A stretch of DNA of 32,000 nucleotides, taken from Haloquadratum walsbyi C23. GTDB lineage: Archaea; Halobacteriota; Halobacteria; Halobacteriales; Haloferacaceae. The notes beneath the pieces are model-generated. The model was not told where the DNA came from, did not search any database, and saw nothing but the letters and a program-made list of their open reading frames with translations. Shown one piece after another: positions 9,419 to 18,517 of this stretch; position 1 is the first letter of the stretch; every line of letters starts with the position of its first letter. The translations under genes were made by a program, and so were the position numbers. The DNA lies in contig NC_017459.1 of NCBI RefSeq assembly GCF_000237865.1, forward strand, positions 1,260,001 to 1,292,000, read 5' to 3'.

Positions 9419-9800
9419 GTTGTCCGTGATTGAATTGTTTGATCATGGAGGCTCTCACTGGTATTTTTCGACCGTGACTGTCTGTTCATACGGCGGCATC
9501 TATTGGTGTGAAGATAAATATCTTTACAAAGGATCGGATATACATGTGATAACATATTATTTTTGCATGATTAATATACATCTATGGTTTTCTCACGTCA
9601 AATATGATAATATGATGATATGATGATATGATAATACAATACATATTTTAGTAATCTGGCTTTCCTGATAGACAATTGATTATATATCATCTTAGCACTG
9701 GATTTCGACGCTTTTTCAATTACTATCGAGTGTTATATAATAACACCCAAAAAGATAGAATAACTGCGTTCGTCCGCAAATTTGTCCAAAGAAAAAGGAA

Positions 9801-9810
9801 TTATATATTA
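9801..9810 (+). promoter_or_regulatory. candidate TATA box for the ABC transporter operon
   Basis: TTATATATTA is centred about 33 bp upstream of ATG 9839. This geometry fits a leaderless or short-leader haloarchaeal mRNA. Confidence 0.3.
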
Positions 9811-9838
9811 ATAGCTGACATAGATTTACAATAAATAA

Positions 9839-11494
9839 ATGAGTGATGACAAATTTGTTCGGATGGAAAATATTACTAAGACCTTCCCGGGGGTTGTCGC
9901 GAATGATAGCGTATCGATGTCAGTAAAAAAAGGCGAGATTCACGGGTTATTAGGCGAGAATGGAGCAGGCAAGAGCACGCTGATGAAGATCCTATATGGA
10001 CTGTATTCGGCTGATGAAGGGGATATCTGGCTTGATAATAATCGTCTTGAAATGGACTCTCCGCAAGATGCAATTGATGCAGGTATTGGTATGGTTCACC
10101 AGCACTTTAAATTGATTCCACGCCTCTCTGTTTCGAAAAATATTATTCTAGGGAAACGAGAGCCAATTGCGGCATTCAAAGATAATAGTGGATCCGAATC
10201 AGGTGTTCTTCACTCACTCACTTCTAACAACATCGTCCAGGGCCTTGCTTCACGATTCACGCTCGGACTTGATACACCGGAAAAACAGATACAACAGTTA
10301 TCTGATAATTATGGATTTAATATTGATGTTACCGTGCCTGTTTGGGAACTCGGTGTTGGCGAACGCCAACGTGTCGAGATTCTCAAAGCACTGTATCGAG
10401 ATGTCGATTTATTAATTCTTGATGAACCAACAGCGGTGCTTACTCCCACACAGGCAGAACGACTATTTGAGACGCTTAAAACGTTAACAGATGAAGGTCT
10501 CACGGTTATCATAATTACACATAAACTTGATGAAATTAAAGAAGTCACCGACCGTGTGACAGTCCTTCGAGATGGCAGAGATATCGGAACCGTCGAAACA
10601 AGCGAGCAGACCTCTGATGACCTCGCCCGGATGATGGTTGGACGGGAAGTATTATTCAATGTAGACAAAGATGACGTCTCGGTGGGCGAAACGGTACTCA
10701 ATGTTTCATCACTTCGGACAACAAACGATCGAGGTATTGAAGCTGTCTCTGGCGTGGACATGAGTATCAGATCCGGTGAGATTGTCGGACTTGCGGGAGT
10801 CAGTGGAAACGGGCAAAAAGAACTCGCTGAATCCCTTGTCGGCGTCCGAGAGACGCTAGGCGGCTCAATAGAAATAACTGGCGATGATGTAACCAATGAG
10901 TCGCCAAATGCATTCATCAATAATGGTGTATCGTTTGTTCCTGAAGATAGACACAGAGACGGCTGTGCAGGAACACTCTCTATCATGCATAACGCCGTAA
11001 TGAAACGATACGCCGATTCTGAATTCTCTGATGGATTCAAACTCAATTATGAGGCGATGGAGGAATATGCAGACACCTTGGTCGAGGAGTTTGACGTCCG
11101 AGGAATTAATGATGTTCGAGAAATTAATGCAGGAGAATTATCTGGAGGGAATCTACAGAAACTCATTCTTGCACGAGAGATGTTGCGTGAACCAGATCTG
11201 TTAGTTGCGAACCAGCCGACCAGGGGGGTTGATGTGGGTGCTATTGAATTCATTCGGGAGCGACTCGTTGCACAGCGAAAATCGGGAACCGGGGTCCTCT
11301 TATTATCTGAAGATCTTGATGAACTCTTCGACCTCAGCGATAGAATTCTGACTATCTATCAGGGAGAGATTGTTCACGAGACAACCCCAGAAGAAGCCGA
11401 TCGCCAACGCATTAGCCTTGAAATGAACGGTGGCAAAGAGGAAGTCAAGCAACCGACGCAAATAGCTGCTGACGGTGGCAGGAGTGGCTTCTAA
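9839..11494 (+). CDS. ABC transporter ATP-binding protein, duplicated NBD (BMP/CUT2 nucleoside-sugar type)
   Basis: 551 aa. Walker A is GENGAGKST and Walker B is LLILDEPT. The second NBD has a degenerate P-loop (GVSGNGQKE) and LSGGNLQK. The stop overlaps the next start (TAATG). Confidence 0.9.
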   Translation: MSDDKFVRMENITKTFPGVVANDSVSMSVKKGEIHGLLGENGAGKSTLMKILYGLYSADEGDIWLDNNRLEMDSPQDAIDAGIGMVHQHFKLIPRLSVSKNIILGKREPIAAFKDNSGSESGVLHSLTSNNIVQGLASRFTLGLDTPEKQIQQLSDNYGFNIDVTVPVWELGVGERQRVEILKALYRDVDLLILDEPTAVLTPTQAERLFETLKTLTDEGLTVIIITHKLDEIKEVTDRVTVLRDGRDIGTVETSEQTSDDLARMMVGREVLFNVDKDDVSVGETVLNVSSLRTTNDRGIEAVSGVDMSIRSGEIVGLAGVSGNGQKELAESLVGVRETLGGSIEITGDDVTNESPNAFINNGVSFVPEDRHRDGCAGTLSIMHNAVMKRYADSEFSDGFKLNYEAMEEYADTLVEEFDVRGINDVREINAGELSGGNLQKLILAREMLREPDLLVANQPTRGVDVGAIEFIRERLVAQRKSGTGVLLLSEDLDELFDLSDRILTIYQGEIVHETTPEEADRQRISLEMNGGKEEVKQPTQIAADGGRSGF

Positions 11495-12597
11495 TGAAAT
11501 TGAATGTCGAATTAACCCCACGGTCAAACATTCCAACGTGGATGGCGTATGGGACTCCGGTATTCACAATACTGGCTGCGCTGATTGTAAGTGGATTTGC
11601 ACTCTTCAGCTTAGGGGTTAATCCCTTGGTAGCTTACAATATCATGTTCGTCCAGACGCTGACTACCAGCTTTGGCATTACCAACACATTAGTGAAAGCC
11701 GTGCCATTGATTTTTGCTGGATTGGCAGTGTATCTACCGCTCAAAGCGAGACTATGGAATATTGGTGCAGAAGGACAACTTATAATCGGAGCCATTGTCG
11801 GTACGGCGGTTGGGTTGAGTGTCTCGCTTCCGATATATGCGCTACTACCGTTGATGTTTATTACCGGCGGAATCGCAGGTGCTATGTGGATTGCCGTCCC
11901 GGCGTGGCTACGGGCAAGATATGGTATCAACGAAATCATAACCACGCTATTATTCGTTTTTATTGCGCAGTCGCTATTGAATTATGTCGTTCGTGGACCA
12001 CTACAGGCAGCTGAATCAAATTTTCCACAGTCGGCATCGCTTCCGACTGCAGCGACACTTCCGTCTATCCCTATAATTGGATTTCCGTCTGGAGTTCTGT
12101 TGGCGATAGTCCTCGTTGCAGTCACATATGCTATTATAAATTATACGCGACTTGGATATGAAATCACGTTCATGGGTGCAAACGACAACGCAGCCGAGCA
12201 TGCTGGGATGAGCAAGCTAAAGATATATCTCATTGCACTCATGGCTGGCGGTGCGATGGCTGGATTCGCTGGTATTAGTGAAATATCCGGTGTCGAGGGT
12301 CGATTGCGGGCATCGTTTGATCCTGGATATGGATTTACTGCAGTTCCAATTGCGCTACTTGGTCGTAACGGCGCGTTCAGAGTGTTACTCGCAGCGTTGT
12401 TTTTTGCTGTTTTGTTCATTGGTGGATCCAGCATTGAGACAAGCCTCGGCGTCCCTTCGGCAATTACCAATGTTATGGAAGCATTGATTATATTATTCCT
12501 TATCACCGCAGAATTTTTCAAGAATTATAGTGTGGGACTATCACTCGACCAGACACCAACTCCAAGTGCACCCGGTGACCCGGAAGGTGATGTGTGA
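11494..12597 (+). CDS. ABC transporter permease (BMP-family system)
   Basis: 367-aa polytopic hydrophobic protein, translationally coupled on both sides (TAATG upstream, TGATG downstream). Confidence 0.85.
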   Translation: MKLNVELTPRSNIPTWMAYGTPVFTILAALIVSGFALFSLGVNPLVAYNIMFVQTLTTSFGITNTLVKAVPLIFAGLAVYLPLKARLWNIGAEGQLIIGAIVGTAVGLSVSLPIYALLPLMFITGGIAGAMWIAVPAWLRARYGINEIITTLLFVFIAQSLLNYVVRGPLQAAESNFPQSASLPTAATLPSIPIIGFPSGVLLAIVLVAVTYAIINYTRLGYEITFMGANDNAAEHAGMSKLKIYLIALMAGGAMAGFAGISEISGVEGRLRASFDPGYGFTAVPIALLGRNGAFRVLLAALFFAVLFIGGSSIETSLGVPSAITNVMEALIILFLITAEFFKNYSVGLSLDQTPTPSAPGDPEGDV

Positions 12598-13589
12598 TGT
12601 CGGGATTCGTAACCGGGTTGGCAAATGCAACGGTCAACGCGAGTACGGTACTCATTCTTGCAGGACTCGGGGAATTGATAAGTGAGCGATCAGGCGTGCT
12701 TAATCTCGGTGTTGAGGGGATGATGCTCGTCGGTGCGCTATCTGGTTTCGTTGTCACATCGATAACTGGAAGTCCGTGGCTCGGTCTGTGCATTGGGATT
12801 CTCGCTGGCGGTGCAATGGCATTGCTACACGCGTTTTTATGTGTCTCACTTAATTCTGACCAGGCTGTAAGTGGGATTATGCTTACACTTCTTGGTGTTG
12901 GCTTGACAACATACTTCGGAAATCCCTGGACAGGTGACTCTGTTTCAGGATTTTCCGAAGTGACTCTGCCAATCATTGGATCATTCCTGGTTGAGATTCC
13001 GATAATCGGTTCAGCGCTATTCAACAGCACGCCTACAGACTACATCGCGCTATTATTGATCCCAGTTGTCTGGCTGTTTCTTTATAAGACGAATATTGGA
13101 CTTGAAATGATATCTGTTGGTGAAGACCCAGAGACAGCAGACACAATGGGTATTGACGTGTTTAAAATGCGATATTTGGCTGTGATTATTGGAGGATTAT
13201 TCGCTGGTGCTGCAGGTGCGCATCTCTCGCTTGCGTTCAATCAAATCTGGTCATCAGGCATGACTGCTGGAAACGGTTGGATTGCTGTGGCTTTGGTTAT
13301 TTTCGCGCGGTGGGAACCGGGACGAATACTTGTTGGCGCATACTTGTTTGGGCTATTAAATGCGATTCAGTTGTACTCTCAAGGTCTGAAATTCACCCTC
13401 GCGCCAGAAACAGCGCTCTCTGGCTTGCTTAACCCAATGATCGAGTTTGTCATGAATCCAACTATCATGTCAACGTACCCGTATATAGTTACACTGCTCG
13501 TGTTGGTCATTACCGTTGTTCGAGCAGAGAACCGTCAACTCGCGCAGCCTTCAGCCCTGGTTCAGTCTTACAGTCGGGAGATTGATTAA
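12597..13589 (+). CDS. ABC transporter permease (BMP-family system)
   Basis: About 330-aa polytopic hydrophobic protein. ATG 12597 overlaps the upstream TGA (the track start 12594 is GTG). Confidence 0.85.
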   Translation: MSGFVTGLANATVNASTVLILAGLGELISERSGVLNLGVEGMMLVGALSGFVVTSITGSPWLGLCIGILAGGAMALLHAFLCVSLNSDQAVSGIMLTLLGVGLTTYFGNPWTGDSVSGFSEVTLPIIGSFLVEIPIIGSALFNSTPTDYIALLLIPVVWLFLYKTNIGLEMISVGEDPETADTMGIDVFKMRYLAVIIGGLFAGAAGAHLSLAFNQIWSSGMTAGNGWIAVALVIFARWEPGRILVGAYLFGLLNAIQLYSQGLKFTLAPETALSGLLNPMIEFVMNPTIMSTYPYIVTLLVLVITVVRAENRQLAQPSALVQSYSREID

Positions 13590-13859
13590 CGGCTTACTCG
13601 AGGACCACAACATGAATATATACACGATCTATACGGAATCACCACCCTGAGTCGACATACTGTCAGGTAAAAATCGACTTATAACAAATATTTATAAATA
13701 TGCAGAATATGTGTCTGAATGGCAAACTGCCAATAGAAGTAGTAAACAAACATTATATAATTAAGCCAAATATGAAACAATACCAATTATTAATGATAAG
13801 CGAACAAACGACGAGCACTCAAACAGCAATTGACGATACCGAAGGAGGAATTAATCACG

Positions 13860-14951
13860 ATGAGTAAAAAGCCGATCACACGACGAGCAGCATTAAAAGC
13901 GGCAGGAACGGTAGGTATAGCCGGGTTAGCTGGCTGTAGTGGTACTAGTAGTAGTGGTGATAATAGTAGTAGTGACTCCACAGATAGTTTGACTGCAGCA
14001 TTCCTGTATGAGTCTGAGGTTGGTGAAGTCGGTTGGGACCGAGCGCATGAGGATGCCCGACAAGCTGTTGATGACGAATTCGACTGGCTGGATACTCGAT
14101 TCTCTGAAGCGGTTGATTCCAGTGATGTTAAACGCGTCATGGAAGAGTACATCACCGGTGGAGCAGACGTGATTTTTGGGACAACATTTGGCTTTATGGA
14201 TCCAATAGCCGAACTATCACCGGAATACCCAGACACGGTTTTTGAGCACTGTTCAGGATTCAAAACAACGGATAATATGGGTCGATACTATGGTCGATTG
14301 TATCAAGCACGATATCTCTGTGGTGTTGCTGCCGGGCTGCTAACCGAGTCGAACCAGTTGGGGTATGTCGGTGCGTTCCCGATTCCCGAATTGGTCCGTC
14401 AGATCAATGCCTTCGTGCTCGGTGCGCGAAGTGTTAATCCAGATGTGACTGCAGGTGTTCGATGGACAAACGCATGGTTAGATCCGCCAACTGTCACGCA
14501 GGCTGTAAATACGCTTATCAATGACGGCGCTGATGTTATCAACAATCATCAAACCTCAACCGCAGCTGTGCAGACCGCCGCCGAGAACGACGCCTACGCG
14601 TTCACATACACAACGTCAATGGCTGACGCTGGTGGCGAATTTTATGGTAGCTCGGCTATCTTTAATTGGGAAGAATTCTACAAGCCTACGCTACAGTCAG
14701 TATATGACGACGAGTGGGAGTCTGATGCGTACTGGAAGGGACTTGAGTCAGGCGTGATCGATATTGATGACTTCGGTCCGCAGGTTAGTGATGATATTGT
14801 CAGTGAAGTCGAAACACAAAAACAAGAAATTATTAACGGTGAGCGCAGCGTCTGGGAGGGAAGCCAGTTCGAAGGTGAATCTGATGAATTCCTCTTCAGC
14901 CAGATGGGCAGCTATGTTGAGGGTATCGAAGGAGAAGTGCCAAGTTCTTGA
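13860..14951 (+). CDS. BMP-family (PnrA/Med-like) substrate-binding lipoprotein, Tat-exported
   Basis: It has the twin-arginine motif ITRRAALK, the lipobox LAGC and a Ser/Asp-rich linker, followed by a BMP-like domain. GGAGG at 13844-13848 precedes ATG 13860. The gene is separated from the permeases by a 270-bp AT-rich spacer. Confidence 0.85.
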   Translation: MSKKPITRRAALKAAGTVGIAGLAGCSGTSSSGDNSSSDSTDSLTAAFLYESEVGEVGWDRAHEDARQAVDDEFDWLDTRFSEAVDSSDVKRVMEEYITGGADVIFGTTFGFMDPIAELSPEYPDTVFEHCSGFKTTDNMGRYYGRLYQARYLCGVAAGLLTESNQLGYVGAFPIPELVRQINAFVLGARSVNPDVTAGVRWTNAWLDPPTVTQAVNTLINDGADVINNHQTSTAAVQTAAENDAYAFTYTTSMADAGGEFYGSSAIFNWEEFYKPTLQSVYDDEWESDAYWKGLESGVIDIDDFGPQVSDDIVSEVETQKQEIINGERSVWEGSQFEGESDEFLFSQMGSYVEGIEGEVPSS

Positions 14952-15213
14952 ACGGAATACTTTGATATCGGATACTGTAATACCCCCTCGGTTTGGATTG
15001 CACGTCATGAAAGATGTGTAATCGTCTCTTATATTCGATGCTGCAATTATGAGATATACCGAGTTATGATACCATATCAACTAATATAGGATCTAACTTC
15101 TATATGTTATACCAAAGAACGATATTCGGGAGATCTTTGTAAATGTAAACCTCACGCCTATCACATTTTCAGATATACCAAAAATGTTTAATTATCGGCT
15201 GATAATTGTTCAT

Positions 15214-15315
15214 ATGGACAATATAGTAATAAACGCTCCCGCGAAGAAATCAACCGATAAAGAAGTCGAAGAAATGCGAGCGCGCGTTCGGCGCCGACTG
15301 GTTCGATACGCCTGA
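15214..15315 (+). CDS. candidate 33-aa small protein (MDNIVINAPAKKSTDKEVEEMRARVRRRLVRYA)
   Basis: This is an ATG-to-TGA ORF I found by eye in a GC-richer island inside a 696-bp AT-rich spacer. A TATA-like GTTTAATTAT lies at 15186-15195, and oligo-T tracts lie at 15344-15349 and 15355-15358. There is no homology support. Confidence 0.3.
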   Translation: MDNIVINAPAKKSTDKEVEEMRARVRRRLVRYA

Positions 15316-15610
15316 ATATTAACGTTCACATTCAGCTATAATCTTTTTTATTCGTTTTACTGATGCAATGTTTGTTTGGACGCATCGTCTCCAACTACGT
15401 GCATTAATATCAGCACTCACGACAACGAAGTAGAACAGTGGGTGTATACATACTGTGGCAGTCGGTAGTCGTATGATTAATCTCTTCCAACGCGTGCCGA
15501 TAATATTGTTAGGACATCAAGAGGATTGACGCAACGAAGGCGGATACATTCATGATCTATGTTATTTTTCGCTTATTTTCGTATGTATGTCTACAGATAT
15601 CGAAGAAATT

Positions 15611-15623
15611 ATTTACAAATATA
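15611..15623 (+). promoter_or_regulatory. candidate TATA box for the xdh-like operon
   Basis: ATTTACAAATATA is centred about 31 bp upstream of ATG 15648. Confidence 0.3.
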
Positions 15624-15647
15624 CACTGATATAGGCTAGATATACAA

Positions 15648-16130
15648 ATGAGCTCGGAAAAAGTGGACGTCAATTTGACAGTGAATGGTGAGTCTCATTC
15701 TGTCTCCGTCGAGCCAAGAGAACTGTTAGCACAGACGCTCCGCGAGCGACTCGATTATACCAGTATCAATATTGGCTGTGAGTCAACGCTTTGTGGTGCG
15801 TGCACGATCCACGTAGATGGGAAAGCAATAAAATCATGTACAAGATTAACCGTTCAAGAAGACGGCTCCGAGATTCGAACGGTTCAAACATTATCTAATG
15901 ATGGGGTTCTTGGAGATCTTCAGACAGCCTTCTCAGAAGAACACGCCCTGCAGTGTGGCTACTGCACCCCAGGAATACTCATGACTGTTGATGAATATCT
16001 TGATAATAATCCCGACCCCTCACGAGACGAGATTCGGAGTGAGGCTCTACAGGGGAATCTTTGCCGCTGTACCGGGTATGAGAATATTGTTGATGCGATT
16101 GATGTCGCGTCTGACGCATTGGAGGAGTAG
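15648..16130 (+). CDS. xanthine-dehydrogenase-family [2Fe-2S] small subunit
   Basis: 160 aa. It has both cluster motifs: CESTLCGACT...C (plant-type) and CGYCTPG...CRCTGY. Confidence 0.9.
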   Translation: MSSEKVDVNLTVNGESHSVSVEPRELLAQTLRERLDYTSINIGCESTLCGACTIHVDGKAIKSCTRLTVQEDGSEIRTVQTLSNDGVLGDLQTAFSEEHALQCGYCTPGILMTVDEYLDNNPDPSRDEIRSEALQGNLCRCTGYENIVDAIDVASDALEE

Positions 16131-16132
16131 AT

Positions 16133-18517
16133 ATGGCGACCGACAGTGGTATTGGTAGTGATGTACAGCGTAGAGAGGACAGGCGAGTTCTGCTTGGGGA
16201 ATCAAAAGGAACAGATGACATCAATGTCTCGGATGCACTCCACATTCAGTTTATCCGCAGTCAAAAGGCTCATGCTCGATTTAGTATTGATGCTGAGACC
16301 GCACGCGAGATGAACGATGTCGTTGAGGTATTCACTCCTGAAGATATCAAGCAATGTGAGACATCGACACCACTCCCATTCAGATTGTTTGCCGCGCCGA
16401 TGCCTGGTCTTGACTATCCTGATAAGGCGCTCTGGCAACGGTGTTTCGCCGATAAAAAAGCACATTATCACGGAGAGATCCTCGGTCTCGTCGTAGCGGA
16501 GACACAAAGAATCGCCCGCGATGCGCTTGAGGCGATAGATATCACATATGACGTTTTAGAACCGGCGCTGACGCCAACCGAAGCGCTTGCTAGTGACGCG
16601 CCAGCGATACACGAGGAAGTCCCAGATAATATTGTTTTTTCGGCTGGTCAGGGTGATGAGGCGTCGGTTGCGGAGATGTTCGAACAAGCAAGTTACACCG
16701 CTGAACTCGAAAAAGACCCACAGCGGCTTTCACCGAGTCCACTGGAACCACGATCGGCAATCGCTGCGTATGATACAGCATCAGGACATCTTGATTTCAC
16801 GGCGACGACGCAAATCCCACATGCGTACCGGCGATTGATGGCACAGATGCTTGCTTATCCAGAACATCATATTGACGTGACAGTTCCTGATATGGGTGGG
16901 GGATTCGGCGCCCGTCAACATCCTTATCCCGCTGATGTGCTCCTTGGGTGGTGTGCTATCGAGTTAGAAGAGACGGTCAGATGGCGAGCAACCAGAACTG
17001 AAAATCAACTCGTCGAGAACGACGGTCGCGGTTATGAGGGAACGTGGGAAATCGCGATGGCTGATGATGGCGATCTCCTCGGGGTCCGGGCGGATATTCG
17101 ATATGACCTTGGCGCGTGGGTTGCATGGGGGGCAGCCTCTCTTGCAGAGGCTGGCAATCTTCTCATGACCGGGTTGTACGATATCCCAACTGCATACTCT
17201 CACGTCACCGGTGTCGTGACCAACACAGCCCGTGTTGACGCATATCGTGGCGTTTCATCAGTGCCAATGATATTAATGCTTGAGCGACTGGTCAGCAAGG
17301 TTGCGAAACAGGCACATATGGATCCGGCAATGGTCCGAAAGCAAAACTTTGTTGAGCCTGATCAATTTCCATATCAAGCCCCAGGTGGCGCTCTTTATGA
17401 TAGTGGTGATTATGAACGAAACTTCGACCTCGGGTTAGAGACTATTGATTATGAACTCCTCCGCGAGAAACAAGAACGTCTTCGAGAGGAAGACCGATAT
17501 ATTGGTATTGGATTCGCTTGTGCAACTGAGGTTGCTGGTCTTGGTCCGGCTAGTCACATTGACGCTCCGTCATGGGGATATGGTAGTGTGCAGGTACATC
17601 CAACAGGAGATGTGACTGTCTACTCTGGCGGCTCAAATCATGGACAGGGACACGAAACGTCCTTAGCACAAGTCGCCGCAGATGAGCTCAATATCCCATT
17701 CGATGATGTTCGTGTTATTGAAAACTCTACAAAAGAAGTAAATGAGGGAGTTGGGACATTCGCGAGTCGTACCGCGGCACTCAGTGGGGGTGCTGTGACC
17801 AAATCCTGCCGAAAAATCATCTCAAAAGGTATCGAAGTGGCTGCAGACGAACTTGCTGTCCCCGCTGAGATGATTACATATGACGATGGGGAGTTCACCG
17901 CTACCACTGAGAACGGTGATATACAGTCGTTCTCGTTCGATGAAATGGCGTCAAAGGTTCACTTAGGACAAAACATCCCTGATGATATGGAACCAGGGCT
18001 TGCGGCAGAAACATATTATGACCCTGAAAACTGCACATGGCCGTTTGGGACACACATTGCCGTCATCGAAGTCAATCCCACGACAGGTGAGTTCGATTTT
18101 CTCGACTACGTTGCGACTGAGGACTGTGGTGTTCAAATCAACCCAACCATCGTTGAGGGACAGCTCATCGGCGCAATTGCACAAGGGGTTGGACAGGCAC
18201 TGTATGAGGATGTCGAGTATGGTGAGGACGGAACACTTCTGTCTGATTCCTTCCGTACAGAACGAGTCGGCTCTCGGGGCGGATACACGCTTCCGAAAGC
18301 AGAGCATATGCCTGAGATAACCATTCGTTCAACCGAAACACCCTCGCCGCATACGCCACATGGGGCAAAAGGCATGGGCGAAATGGGATCGATTGCGGCT
18401 CCTGGTGCCATATTGAATGCAATCGAAGACGCAATTGAGCCGTTCGACCCTGAACCGATGACACCGCCGATTAGTTCTGAAAAGATTTGGCGGGCAATCA
18501 ACACGGAGGGCACATAG
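16133..18517 (+). CDS. xanthine-dehydrogenase-family molybdopterin-binding large subunit
   Basis: 794 aa with CoxL/XdhB-like architecture. The active-site loop reads AYRGVSS (17240-17257), not the form-I CO-dehydrogenase AYRCSFR. GGAGGAG precedes the ATG. Purine context suggests xanthine/hypoxanthine as substrate (inference). Confidence 0.85.
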   Translation: MATDSGIGSDVQRREDRRVLLGESKGTDDINVSDALHIQFIRSQKAHARFSIDAETAREMNDVVEVFTPEDIKQCETSTPLPFRLFAAPMPGLDYPDKALWQRCFADKKAHYHGEILGLVVAETQRIARDALEAIDITYDVLEPALTPTEALASDAPAIHEEVPDNIVFSAGQGDEASVAEMFEQASYTAELEKDPQRLSPSPLEPRSAIAAYDTASGHLDFTATTQIPHAYRRLMAQMLAYPEHHIDVTVPDMGGGFGARQHPYPADVLLGWCAIELEETVRWRATRTENQLVENDGRGYEGTWEIAMADDGDLLGVRADIRYDLGAWVAWGAASLAEAGNLLMTGLYDIPTAYSHVTGVVTNTARVDAYRGVSSVPMILMLERLVSKVAKQAHMDPAMVRKQNFVEPDQFPYQAPGGALYDSGDYERNFDLGLETIDYELLREKQERLREEDRYIGIGFACATEVAGLGPASHIDAPSWGYGSVQVHPTGDVTVYSGGSNHGQGHETSLAQVAADELNIPFDDVRVIENSTKEVNEGVGTFASRTAALSGGAVTKSCRKIISKGIEVAADELAVPAEMITYDDGEFTATTENGDIQSFSFDEMASKVHLGQNIPDDMEPGLAAETYYDPENCTWPFGTHIAVIEVNPTTGEFDFLDYVATEDCGVQINPTIVEGQLIGAIAQGVGQALYEDVEYGEDGTLLSDSFRTERVGSRGGYTLPKAEHMPEITIRSTETPSPHTPHGAKGMGEMGSIAAPGAILNAIEDAIEPFDPEPMTPPISSEKIWRAINTEGT

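Noticed and set aside
10309-11046. 245-aa minus-strand ORF inside the ABC ATPase gene
   Set aside because: It is antisense to a gene with unambiguous Walker motifs. It is an extremely Ser/Thr/Pro-rich, low-complexity shadow ORF.
13688-13701. 14-bp perfect palindrome ATATTTATAAATAT upstream of the BMP lipoprotein gene
   Set aside because: It consists only of A/T and is low-complexity. It is indistinguishable from overlapping TATA-like sequence on both strands.
13790-14263. 157-aa minus-strand ORF overlapping the start of the BMP lipoprotein gene
   Set aside because: It is antisense to a gene with a clear Tat signal and lipobox, it is Ser-rich, and it has no motif.
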